The notes under the pieces: generated by a model | The model's input: the letters and a program-made list of their open reading frames with translations, nothing else | Told to the model about the DNA's origin: nothing | Databases searched by the model: none | Program-made: the position numbers and the translations under genes | Assembly (NCBI GenBank): GCA_013239625.1 | Contig: MU054098.1 | Coordinates: forward strand, 1,147,568 to 1,211,567 | Direction: 5' to 3' | DNA: 64,000 nucleotides | Source: Lama guanicoe | Taxonomy: Eukaryota | Shown: positions 11,466-24,324 of the stretch, in pieces | Numbering within the stretch: position 1 is the stretch's first letter | How the letters are laid out: every line of letters begins with the position of its first letter

Positions 11466-14429
11466 TTCTATAGGGAGTTGTGATAATAATTTTCAATTCC
11501 TTTCTGTTATCTTAAAGAAGAACAGAGTCTTTATTCATTTGTATTATACCTCTAACGTTTGTCTCTTCTAAGTGGACTTTGGCAAACCTATAGTACTATG
11601 AAATATCTCAGTTTAGGGAAATGAATTTAATATATTACCAAATCCTAATCATAAAGGTCAATATTTTTACATCGCATTTTCTCTTTCTCGAACCAATATA
11701 TTATAAAGTCTTTTGAACTATTTATTCTGTACAGTAAACTTGTAGAGCGATAGGATGCATTTGAGGGGGACGCAAACATTTAATTCATAGCAGACACCAT
11801 GAGCAGGTACTATCTTCATGTTTTTTACTGGAGATGGTTCAAAAACAATTGTGGAAATATAACACAAAAATATTGCTTGTGAACATGTGTGAGACATCAG
11901 TTTGAGTAAGATTTTTAAAAGATTTGGGTGTCCTGCATCAATAAGTGAGGTCATAAGCAAATAATATTGATTATAATTATTAATTCAACAATATTACTTG
12001 CTGGCAAGGTTTGGAGAACTTTGAGTTACAGGCCATCTCTGTGCAATCTGGTTAACCCTAGAGTAGCATATAGTAGTTTTGGTGTCTTTAACAGCAGTGA
12101 CATGACTGTGACTCAGAAAACCCTGTATACAGTCTTGGATTCACATAGATATACTTGTTACCACTTTTTAATAAGTCAAAGATATGTTATTTTGATAGTC
12201 TTCTATGTGTCCAGGACTCAAAACTCAGCAATAGTTACCATAAAGCCACTCTTACTAAAACAGCCCAAAGGTAATCCTTCTAAGTTCCTCAAGTACACAG
12301 TCCTAGCACCATTACACTGAATAATTTATTAGACCATTTTGTGTGTTTTACTATCATATTATTACCATTACTAATTTTTTGTTTACTCTTAGCTTTCCAA
12401 CCCAACTTGAAATCCACTTTATCAGCAACAGACTATATTATACCCTATTCAATGAAAACTACTGAATAGCTGATTGTTCCTTATACATTATCTGCCCCAT
12501 TTTCCAGTTTCCTTGTACCTGTGATCAATATTTTTACCTCCCACCAACCTAGATGCAGAACTTAGCTTACCATCATAATCACTGAAAAGAATCTATTCTG
12601 TATTCTTAATCTGTTAGTAGAGAAACTTTTCTATAAGCAAGGGAGTAAATTTGTACAAAGGCCATCAATAGTTTATAAGGTGGAGCTACAAAGCAGACAC
12701 CTACATGATACAATTGCTCTTTATTAATATTTTACAATTCATTTAGCTCTGAAGTCCTAATGTTCTTAAACATGGAGTGATCCATAATGCAGCACTCATA
12801 ATGAATTCTGACATCTTGCAGTGGATTTTGGGGGGCATGCAAGTGTGAAGAAAGTATATCATCACTGTAGTACATTACCTTTTATAACTAAAGTCCAATT
12901 CCATTCCTCACTGTATCTTAAAGGCAGCCATATTGAAATTTTGAGTGGGACAAGTCTTTGTTACATGGGACCCTGTGACACCTCTGGTGAACACTCACTA
13001 AATGCCAGTGTGGTACCAGTGTGGTACTTTAGTTATTGGACAATGAAAAACACTACCAGACACTTGAAAGTCCTCTAAAAGGTGCATGATACTACTCTCC
13101 TTTGAGAATTACCACAAAGTTCATCATTTCTTCTAGTTAACAAAGCCTATCTATATTCAATTACTCTGTTAAGGCAACAACGAAGAGCAACATTTCAATA
13201 GCATTGTTTTGGTGGTCGCTAGTAAAAATCAAAGAAAAATATACGCCGTTTCAAACAATGTACAATTAATCTATCAGTTTCCCAGAAGTATAGTAAAATG
13301 CTTCATAAATAACCAAGAACTTGAGATTTCCCTGTCATCATGAATTTGCAGCTGAGAAGGTCATTAGGCAGTTAAGTAACTCTCCAAAGATCCTAAAATA
13401 GTGTGCTGCATTGACACTTTTGCTTTTTACACTTTACATTTGAACATCACTTTTAGAGTAATTTAAATGTAATTTGAAGGACTACAATGGCTCTATTAAT
13501 CATTGTTCTCAGGTCAGGTTTCCCTGGATTAAGCAAGCTTTAATGAATGCTATTTCATTGTTCCTTGTTTAACTGATGGTAAACTTGGAACAGCTTGATG
13601 AAGTACCTAAAGAACAAGAGATGCAGAATCTAAGCTCAAAAAATGTTTCTGCTGTAGGCAAGAGAGTGGTTCTCTCGTGTCACAGATGTCCAGGTACCCA
13701 GACCCTGTGAAACAGATAGAAAATAAATTTGGAGATCTGCAGGCATTATTTCAAAATGTAATGACCATTCCTGTTGGTCATTATGTAAGAAATTAGCATC
13801 ATAAAATGTGAGGTTGGAACGCATCCCTTGGAGATCAAACCAGAGAGCTACTCTTGGGTTACGTTCAAAGATGAGAAATTAAAATTTCCCTGGAAAAAAT
13901 ACAAACAGAAATGAATCTGAGAATTGTGGTCTTTCTAACCCTGAAGGACCTACAATAGCAGACCTATCTGGTCTGAAGAATGTTGAATGAATATACACTG
14001 TATTTGCAATATGTGTCATTCAGACTTCAGGAGATTGTTAAACATTCTGTATTTGTACAAGCTGAAACAAATAGCATGCCTCAGGACCTTTTAATGAAAT
14101 TAGCCTCATTGACTAATGTCCAGAGGGGATGAGTAAGCGTGTATGTGCAGGGCTACTGTAAAATGAAAACTACCATTGCCAAATTTTTCATGGAATTATA
14201 TTCCCCTACCTCAGCATGAAATATGCTATCTATGGAGGCAGCAAAACTTTACTTGAAAATAAAAATTAAATGAGGCTATATTTAAAATTGAACAGATGGC
14301 TTTATTTATACCCTAAAATATTTAGTTGTATAAATATTTTTCTCCACCTTGTGCAAGGAAGATTTATTAGAATTTATTACTATGTGAGAGAAGACTTGTT
14401 CTGCAGGTCTGAACAAAAGTCAAAAACAC

Positions 14430-17010
14430 CTGTCAAAGGACCTAATACAGAAGTTCTCCAAAAGTCTTCTCTTCCATAAAAGCAATGAGAACACAGAAAA
14501 AATGGTCAAAACCAACCTTTTTTAAAACTCTGAAAATTAAAGGCTTACAATAATCCAAAAAATATTTCAAGGACAGTGGAATCTCGGAAATCTGTGGTGT
14601 TTTAGCTTGCCCTACTTCTATCCTCCACTCCCCAGATCTGTGGGAACCTTCAAAAGCTTCACAACTATAGTAGCCATGAAAACTGGCAAGCACTCTAGCA
14701 ACCACTGGAAGGAACAGAAACAGGTTTGGAGTTCCCCAAAGCCCATCCCCTGATAATTGTCACTATTTGACATGCCTGGAAGCTCTTTGCATAGCTCTAT
14801 TCTCAGGGTTGTCTTTAATTGACCTGAGTCACAGCTCCCTCTGTGCAATCTTATACTTAGGGAATTAGTTGGGAAAAAGTAGTGGTAATTGTCTAACACT
14901 GCAGCTATCTGGATAGTGATACCAGGTGGAGTTAACAAGAGGCTGACTAGAAAACTTTAAAGGAAAAACTGGTGAATGAGATGCTTGTAGCAGGCTTGGA
15001 AAAGCTCAACGTATTCTGGGGACCCTAGAAGGCCACATGGGTGTTCAGGGCTGTAGGCATGCCCCCCAAAAGACCTCAGAAAATCCTAATCTCTCACCTC
15101 TGACTGACCTTAACGCTCTGAATAAGCAGCAAGTATGGCTAACGCCAAGTTGTAAACTGCAGAAGCATTGAAGGCATGTGTCAAGGAACATACAAAATCC
15201 TTTGGTGAAGGCTGGGAGAATTACGGTTTCACGACATTCAACTAAATGTCTGTCCAAATGTTAGTTGACCCCTGAACTAACCAATGTTCAATGACCAACC
15301 AGTAGGATAAACTAAAGAATATCTATGCCTACACCAGTAGGATAAACTGGTGGATAAACTAAAAAGAATCTACACCTACACACACCATAGACAAACCGTC
15401 AAAGCCAAAGCCAAAGTGAGAATCTAGAAAACAATAAGTGAAATGTAACTCTTATATACAAAGGATTCTCAATAAAAATAACAGTTGAATTCTCATCAGA
15501 AATCATGGAGGCCAGAAGGCAATGGGTTGGTATATTTAACATGCTGAAAGGAGAAACCTGTGAACCAATAACTGTATACCTAGCAAACTATACTTCAAAA
15601 ACAGAGATTTTTAAAACATTAAAATTAAAGTTATGACTATTTGAAAAAAAGAACAAAGTTGGAGGCCAATTTCAAAACTTACTACAGGCCTACAGTAATC
15701 AGTACACTGTGATACTGGCATAAGTCTTGACATATAGATCAATGGAATAAAATTGGGAGTCCAGATATAAACCTACATATTTATGGTTAATTAAGGCTGA
15801 CAAGGCTGTCAATATAATTCAATGGAGAAAGAATAGTTTTTTCAACAAATGGTGATGGGACAACTGGATATCCACACACATACAAAAAAGAAATTAAACA
15901 CCGAATTAACACTATATTAAAAAATTAACTAAAAATGGATCATATATCTAGATGTAAGAGTTCAAGCTATAAAACACTTAGAAGAAAACATAAGTGGAAA
16001 TGGCCTTGGGATTTGACAATGGATTCATAGAAATGACACCAAAAGCACAAATAACAAAAGAAAAATATTGATAAAATAGAGTTCATCAGAATCAAAAACT
16101 TGTGCTTCAAAGGATCCCATTAAGAAGTGCAAAGACAACCATTAGACTGGTAGAAAATATTTGCCAATCATACATCTTATAAAAGACCTATATCCAGAAT
16201 ATACAGCAGACACAGGAGGAACTCTGCCCTTCCATTCCTACCTAAAAGCAAGGCAGAAATTTACCCTTTGAAGTTAGCCTCCCTCTCGTCTACCAGGAAA
16301 AGGAGACGTCTCATCACTGTGGATGGCATTGATTTGAGTCTATACAACTAACCTTACTAAATAACCCTTATCTTTTATTAGTTTTTCCCATATATTTGCC
16401 TTCTGTCCTTAGAAGCCCAAATCACTTTTTCTTTGTCTTGTCAGTCCTTCACAATTTACTGCCCTTTGTTAAAGTGGCATACGAGTTCCTGGGCCTAACT
16501 GCTTTCCTGGGGTTTTCATTTCTTTCCTGCAAAGCTCTTTTGTGCATGATAAATAAACCTTCTCTCTCATTAATCTATTTTTTTTTTTGGTTTACTCCCC
16601 AGACCCTGAATTTAAGAGGGCAAAAGAAAAGTTTTCTCCCTCCCCTAAAGAACCCTTATCCATTGCTGGTGGGAATGTAAAATGGTACAGATGCTTTGGA
16701 AAACAGTTTGGCAGTTCCTCTAAAAATCAGAGTTATCATATTACCCCGCAATTTTACTCCTAGGTATATGCCCAAAAGAAGTGAAACAGACAAGTACACA
16801 CAAAAACTTGTAAAGGAATATTCACACCAGCATTATTCATAATAGGCACAGGGGCGTAGAGAAATGGTGAGTGCCTGCTAATGTATAAGAGGTTTCTTTT
16901 GAGGTGTTGGAAATTTCTAAAATTAAATAATGGTACTGTTTGCATAACTATGTGAATACACAAACCACTGTAGTATATATTTTTAAAGAGTGAATTTTAT
17001 CTCAATAAAG
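14430..17010 (+). mobile_element. Old, internally deleted L1M-type element (5' UTR, ORF1 piece, ORF2 piece, 3' end) with an LTR fragment inside
   Basis: ORF1-like ttctcatcagaaatcatggaggccagaaggcaatgg (about 15490). ORF2-like aattcaatggagaaagaatagttttttcaacaaatggtgatggg (about 15820). 3' end gtgaattttatctcaataaagttg. Confidence 0.8.
16206..16649 (+). mobile_element. MER34-like ERV1 LTR fragment nested in L1
   Basis: aaccttactaaataacccttatc, AATAAA near 16550 and terminal gaaaagttttctccctccccta; interrupts L1 sequence. Confidence 0.65.
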
Positions 17011-17243
17011 TTGTTAAAATGATAATTCTGGTTTAAAAGAACATGCACAATTTTTCAGAGATGTTAGTCTGTCACATGGATAGGACATGTTCTATCAGAC
17101 CCTTCTGTTGCTGAAAAAACAGTAGTATTTGTCAACTGACAGCCTTTGTAGGCTAATGATCAATAATTCGAGTGTTTTTTCTTTCACATGCTAATCAGCT
17201 ATAGTACTCCAATTAAATCCCTATCTAAGAAATGTGGCTTTCA

Positions 17244-17466
17244 TATTCTTTTTCATTAAAGGTTACTACAAGACACTGAATATAGTTCCCTGTGCTATAC
17301 AGAAGAAATTTTTTAAATCTATTTTTATATGTAGTGGTTAACTTTTGCAAATCTCAAGCTCATATGAAAATGAATATATGTATATATATGGGTGACTGGG
17401 ACAGTATGCTGTACACCAGAAATTGACACATTGTAACTGATTATACTTCAATAATAATAAATAAAA
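17244..17466 (+). mobile_element. Short 5'-inverted L1 3' UTR insertion with a 17-bp TSD
   Basis: TSD aagaaatgtggctttca at 17227-17243 and 17467-17483. About 17244-17361 is antisense; about 17362-17466 is sense with an A-rich tail. Confidence 0.9.
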
Positions 17467-17639
17467 AAGAAATGTGGCTTTCACTGAGTTCTAATGAATA
17501 TTAGGGACCCGAGAAGTTTTACATCACAAGGAAATATCTGAGTACTAAAGAAGTCAAGCCTATATAAGCCAGCCATCAGGTCTGGCTTCTATTCAAATTT
17601 TGGTATAGTCATGTAATAATAATAATAATAATAAATAAA

Positions 17640-17770
17640 ATTTATTGAATCCTTACTACATAATAAAATAAGGAGCTGTTATAATGATTTTTACAAATAT
17701 AGAAACTGAAACTTAAAGGGGCCTATGGTCACTCAGTTAGCAAGTGGCAGAGTTGGGATTATTGAAGGTT
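17640..17770 (-). mobile_element. MIR SINE fragment
   Basis: ttttacaaatatagaaactgaaactta...ggtcactcagttagcaagtggcagagttgggatt. Confidence 0.65.
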
Positions 17771-19315
17771 GTCCATATACTGACATATCTAAAGTCCTTT
17801 TAAACTTAGCTTTCAGTGACTGGTTTATGAAGCATTTCTTTTAATAAAGTAGAAAAATAGAGTATAATAAAGTAGCAATTTTTTTTGACTTGAACTGAAC
17901 AAACATAGATATAGCATAAAATTAGATTTTTATTCTTTTTTTTAAACATAAATTAAGTAATGGGGACCTTCTACCAATCTCAAATTTTTAGGGGATCAGA
18001 TTTATAAAGAAAAGTATTTTATAGTCATAAATACAATCATTTCAGTTATTTTCAAATCTCCAAACAAAATATATTATAAGTGTATAAATATATCTCTCAA
18101 ATATGAATAAAATATGTAGCTTGATAAATTGGGTGAATAGACCAATGGTCTACTGCATTCCCAAGTTAAAATCTAGTTTTGATACAATAGTAGTTATGTG
18201 AAAGTTTCTAATTTATATGTACACATGAATACTTATAAATTTCAGATAAGTCAGGCATGTTAATTTTTCACAATGATACGATCAGACAATATGAGGAAAA
18301 ATGATGAGTTACTGACTGTAATGAGGATTTATTAACTTAGTAGCAACATTCATATTCCCTGTTTATGATTTATAACATTTGGCTGAATAAATAAGCCAAA
18401 ACATCTTATCATGTTTTTTTAAATAATATGTTTTTTATATTATCACAATCCATATAGAGAAAGAATCATTTTATTGCATAGATATAAACATTTCAGAGTC
18501 AAAAGTCGTGAAAAAATGGAAATACCCATGTTGAGAAATTCCTCAAATAGTTAACACATATACTTGATAAACAGATAAATCTTATGCTTTCAGATGGGAT
18601 CCCCAGAATTTGAAATAGTACCCTAAGTCATGGAAATTGCCACAGTAATCACCTACAGTAAAGGAAAAGGAATCATACGGCATACATATTACAATTCCTG
18701 TGTCGTTAGGCTTTTGACCTACCACAATATGCTTTGAGGTTAGTATCATGTGAGGTACTAAACTGAGTTATATCAGCAGTCAATGACTATCAATTATCAG
18801 TGACCTTTTAGAAACAAACATGTATGATCAAGTTTCAGAAGTTGTATCTTAGAAACTTTGAGTCTGTATCTGAACATCTTAAAGAATTTTTAGGAAAAAA
18901 TTAATAGAAAGCGATGGACATTTAACTTTACAAAAATATGAACAGCATTTTTAATAGCCCTTTTAACAGAATGAGGTTAGATCCTCTCCAAAGTAGGGAT
19001 TTTACCTCAAAATATGGTTCCATTATAAAAATCACATACATGTAACCTGGTATCCTCTCTGGGCAGGAAGATGCTACATTTAAAAATGTGACTACCTACT
19101 GTGATTAGCTCCCTACCTCCCCAAATATTAACTCTCCTGCTCCTTCCTGTCCATTGTGATGTCTGAACATTTTTCACTATTAGGAAATTGATTTAGTGTC
19201 CTGTATTTTCTTGTGTTATTGCTATCTGATGGCCTGCATGTTTGTGGTTATGATTAGACAACTGATGACATCTTTGAAAATACCATTTTAATGTTATTGC
19301 CTAATGTTATTGTAA

Positions 19316-19797
19316 TGTCAACTTAAAGAAAAACACGTAACATGAGAGTTCTGAGTTTAAGTTCTATTCAGAGTCCTATTGAGAATTATAGTTTGGGAGT
19401 CAGCCACTCAGTACCTCTGAGTAAACTGCCCCAAAGAGGTAAGGGAGGAGCCAATTTATATATATACATATATATGGAGGGCTAGGAAATGCATGTAGTT
19501 AAGGAAACATCTTGGTAAAAGATTACTGCGAATCACAAAGAACAGATATCTCAAGTTAATATATTTAGTGCTTTTCTGTGTATGGGAAATTGCAAGAATC
19601 TGGGGTGACTGAAATTCCTCCTGAGATATGCATCTTACTATCTCAGGGCTTGCTTATCCAAAGCACTGGAGTGCCCCATCCTGTTTTTTTTCAACCTGAA
19701 TTCCCCTCAAGGCACAGTTGATGGCCTACTGCAGTGAGTTCCAACTTAACCCTTGTATAACTGGATGATGAGCGACACTTTGTTCTTTTTCTATTCA
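19316..19797 (-). mobile_element. ERV1-like solo LTR related to the one at 33544-34007
   Basis: Reverse complement shares blocks with about 33750-34007 (ccaaagaggta-gggaggagcca, aaagattactg, caagttaa, gcttttct-tg-atggga). Confidence 0.75.
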
Positions 19798-22399
19798 TGG
19801 TCTCAAAATTAATTACACACACACAGAGTAAAGCTATAAAGTAATTAAACTGGTTCCTCAAATGAACAAGACAAAAAAGAAAATGAATCATAACTATCAG
19901 TTACCTTCTCTTATTTGATAGATACATTTACTTTTATTCAGGCTCTATTTTCCTCTCTCAACCTATTCACAGTTTTGTAACAAAAGTGAATTTTTACACA
20001 GCTTTTTCTCTAATTACTTTGTGAAAACCCACAATATAAGAGAAACTAGCTTGTTTTAAGAAGAAAAGAACTTCCTCTTTTCAAAAGGTTCTGCAGCAAT
20101 TTTTGTCTCTAAACAAAACCTCTGCTCTCTGGTTCCTGTTCAGGTAGAGGCTTCATTCAAATCTGCTTCCTTTCTTCTGAGTTGCTAATGGACACATAAG
20201 GTAACACATCTCCCTTAAAATGAGACCAAGTAAATAACTTAGCAAGTTTTGGTTCTTATACAAAGAGACCTATTTTGACACAGTGTATAATTGTATATAT
20301 ACAATTGTATAAAAATACTTTTAAAATAATAGATTTTCTTCTCACACGCACAGAATTATGTTCATTGTAAGGTGAAAATGACTGACATATAATCCTTTTC
20401 TGAGAGCAGCATTAGCCAGAAAAAGTGGGTACAGATCAACAGATCCCTGGGTTTGTATGTTGGGAAAGGGAAAAGCACTACTGTGCTACTACCTGCATCT
20501 TATTTTGAATATACTTTTGCTTCAGGAGATGTGCCATAGAGGGAAGCATGTATTCCACTTCTCTTGTAAAATGTGTTCTTTTATCTATGAGTAGGGAAAG
20601 ATGTACAGTACATATTAACAAAGAACCCCATTGCAACATTATAAGTGTCAAAATAAGGCATGTCCATATCCAATGAGGTTTTTTGTTAAGGTTTATATAT
20701 ATTCCTACCGCAATAAATTAGGCTATTCAAGCAATTCAGGGCCCATCCATCTAGTCTCATGCTTTTGAAATGTAAAGCCTTCAGTCCTATTGCTTATAAA
20801 ATCATATAGTGCTTTCATTCCAAGTTATGTTGATTCAGTTCAAATAATGGAAATTTTAAATCACCTCATGGCTATTTTGACAGGTGTACAGACAGTGGTA
20901 AAACGGTTTTGGACATGTGTTCAGAATTCTGTAAGCAGGGGAAGAATAAGAAATGTAAAGGATTTCTAATTCACAGTGCTTGCTATTTGCAAGAAATTCA
21001 TTTATAAGCAATTATTTTATGAGTTTTATATAACATACACTAAAATAAACATAATATAAATATGTTGAACCTTCTAGTAAGTTTAGTTTTATATCAAAAA
21101 TCTCATAAAAGATGCTACACTTAATGTATATAGAAAATAAAGGGTAGTGGCATTGTCAAGTTAGGAGACTGAGAGTTCTAATCCATATAAATTCAGTTTT
21201 GAATTCCTAAAGCTGTATATTCCAGTGGACTATAGATATGTGAACTGAAACTGAGTAATTTCCTTGATCCTGACAAGCTTTGGGTGTCCTAACCACACTG
21301 AGAGTTTTCTACTCAGTACTCAGTTTGATCGACAGGTTTGTAGATCGAAGTTGTTTTTCTTTTAACCTTATGCTATTTCTCTTGCAAGTTTATTTCAACC
21401 CCAGAGGCTCACTGACACTTGGGGGAAAGATAGTTATCATTATTGAATTTTGAACAGTTTAGCTTTCTGACCATTACCATTTGATAGGAGCTCAAAGTAG
21501 GGTGGGCTTTGCACTCTGGTATAATGGTCTGTTGGGATATAAAGAATAGAATCTACTCCTCTCTGTATGTACTCCTTCTTTCCTTGAGACTCATTACTGT
21601 GCAATTCCCACCAATAAGGATTTCCCCCTTTCAAAATTTCTCTTGGAGAAGAAATGGATTAGGTATCTGCCACCTTACTGACAACTACCAGATCTTTTTC
21701 CTTCATGACTGGGAAGATCCAAGCCATTAGGAAGGCACTGGACACCTCGGGCTGAGCCATTACACCAGGGCCAAAGAGAGCTCAAAAAGGTGTCAGAACA
21801 ACTCTAAGGATCAACATTGCCTCCTTCACAGTTTGGCTAAGGGCTGACCCCTGAACAAAAAAATTAACCTCTCTAATGAACAGCTGCATCCATAGGGTAT
21901 ACCTCTGAAGGACAATTGTTTCTGGCTGGAGTGTACAAAACTAAATTGGTTATTTTCCCCCTCTTGTTCCATTTAGGTTATAAAATCTTAAATCCAAATT
22001 CCAAGACAAAAGTCCTTAATAAGAGGAAATTCCTCTGGCCTTGAGTAGGGAAGATTAGAGGTAGCTATTATCCCTTTTTATAATCATGTAGCTACTTAAA
22101 ACAAAATGAAAGAAGACCCCCTGCCTTGCTTACATTGTAAACACATGGAAAAGAATGGGATCACATGCTCAAGCAGGCCTGCATGTGCCTAAAGGGCATT
22201 TCAAGGTTCTGCACCCCCGCCTTCCAACTGGCTTGACATTCACACCATTCAAGTCAATGTAAATTTGTTTTAACAAATGGAAGAAAACAATTTGGGGACC
22301 TAGACGCCCCCAGTGTCATCCTTCCCCGGTTCCAAGGTAGCTCTGTGACATTACTGAATATTTTACTACAAGGAATAACTAAAACATAATATTTATCAA

Positions 22400-22600
22400 A
22401 TGATCATTATATGTCTAGCACTTAACATTTATCGGAGTTAACTGTGGCAACAATTCTGTTAGGTATGTCTATTGTCTTCATTTTGCAGATGCAGAAATAG
22501 GCAAAGAAAGAGTAATTCCCTTAAGGTGACACAGCTAACAAGCAGCTGAAAAAGGATTTAGACCCTAGCAGTGTGCCCACATTGCCCACAGTTTTTACCA
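22400..22600 (-). mobile_element. MIR SINE
   Basis: cattttgcagatgcagaaataggc...aaggtgacacagctaacaagcagc. Confidence 0.7.
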
Positions 22601-22659
22601 TTACACTGAATTGTCACCAGATGAACAAAACCCAATGAAGTGGAGGTGGGTAATGATAT

Positions 22660-23221
22660 TGAGACAGGAGGGAAATGGGTAAGGGCACAACCACTGAAGA
22701 AATGACATAGCAACTGAGGACAGGACAAACTGGTTAAAACCAAGATGGCAGAAGATTCCACTTCCAGTAGACCGTGATTCTCAGGCACTCCCAAAGGCGC
22801 CATGACAGTTCCTAGGCTGACTATAAGAGGTGAAAAAGTAGGTGGGGCCCAATTCCTAGAAATCTCTGCCCCTTCTCCAACATAGTTGGAATAATCCTCC
22901 CACTTGTTAGCATATGAAATTACCCAGCTCACAAAAACTAACCACCCCCACACCTCGTAGCCGCTCTCCCTTCTGAGTGAGACGGACCGCATTCTGTTTA
23001 TGAAGTGTGTATCTCCTAGGGCCACTCTTCCTTCTGAGATGGCCTGCACTCTATGGAGTATGTATCTATCTCCTAGGGCCTGCTCTCATTTTTCTAAATG
23101 ACCCCATGCTCTGGGGCTGCCTCTCTCTTGCATATCTTCCTGAATAAATCTACTTTCACTTTACTGTAGCTCACTCTTGAGTTCTTTCCTGTGCATGACA
23201 AGAACTTACTCTCTGGCAACA
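22660..23221 (+). mobile_element. Complete ERV1-class solo LTR (562 bp)
   Basis: TG...CA termini, 4-bp TSD ATAT (22656-22659 and 23222-23225), AATAAA near 23143. Confidence 0.9.
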
Positions 23222-24324
23222 ATATAATTGAGCAGTTTGGTGAGGAGTCAAGCTTCTAATTGGACACAGCACTTGCCTCACCAGTGCCAAGACACTGCAA
23301 AGGCACAAGAAAATGTAATCAATAGTTCAGCACTTTACAAGCAGTTGTACATGTGGCATCATGGAGACAAAATATCCAGATGGAAGACTGAATATTTTAT
23401 TTTGCATCTGGGTGTTCTGGCATAGGAAGAAACAAAAGTGACTTCTATTCAGTTATTTACCATTTGTGGTGATATAAGCAGTCTATAAACAGAAAGACAG
23501 AAAGCAAATGCTGGTGTTCATACTTGTTTATGTTGTGCTGAAATGCACCTGCAACGTCAATTGTTTCCTTTAAGGTAGTTCAGTGGGATGTCACTGGAGC
23601 AACCTCAAAAGCTAAATTCATCTCGGGTGCTCTTTTGCATCTTCAGGGATGCACCATCCTTTTGTACTCACCAGATGAAAAGTGACTTCATGTTTATAAA
23701 TCCTCCATTCTCAACATGCTCTTAAAAACAAGCCATCATAGCAAAAGCAATTTGAAAAGCATAAAAATTTTAAGGAACTGTGGTGCAAACGGATGGTAAA
23801 ATTTTAGGCTCCTGTCACGGGTGGCCAATTTGTGAAAATAGTGGACTTTGGAGGCCCTTACAAGCCCTCTAAAAAGCCACTGAATTATGATTCCAAGGCC
23901 TACGCATCTTGAAATCCCTGCACAGGAAAAACGTAGTGATAAAATCAATGAGAGATTAGTTACTAAGTATGTAACTTAAAAGAATGGGCACACAAAGACT
24001 ACACAGCGCTAAGTGGTTTAGACTAGAAGTACTTCTTTGAAAATATCAGCAAGCAAAATACTTTCACTATGCCACTGTCTTCCAAAGGCAGTAATAGAAG
24101 ACCCTCTGTAAAGGCCACACAGGTGCCAGCTACTATAAAATATAATCTCTTTATCAATCTGTGCGCGCGTGTGTGAATCTCTGCATCAACCTCTCTCTCT
24201 TTCAGCTGTCTGAGGAATACAGCAACTCAACTCTGCTCTTCTAGCATGGAAGCATCTATAGACAATATGCCAACACATGAAACTTTATTTACAAAAACGC
24301 CATAGATTGCTGACCTCTTCTCTA

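Noticed and set aside
11735..13890. Protein-like stretches near 11735-11905, 13170-13340 and 13640-13890
   Set aside because: No consistent strand, phase or homology; cannot be told apart from random sequence without a search.
22558..23049. 163-aa ORF, the longest in the track
   Set aside because: It runs antisense through a solo LTR into a MIR and shows no retroviral protein motifs.
23575..23920. Splice-site-bounded segments on both strands
   Set aside because: Every frame contains stops and no protein family was recognisable.
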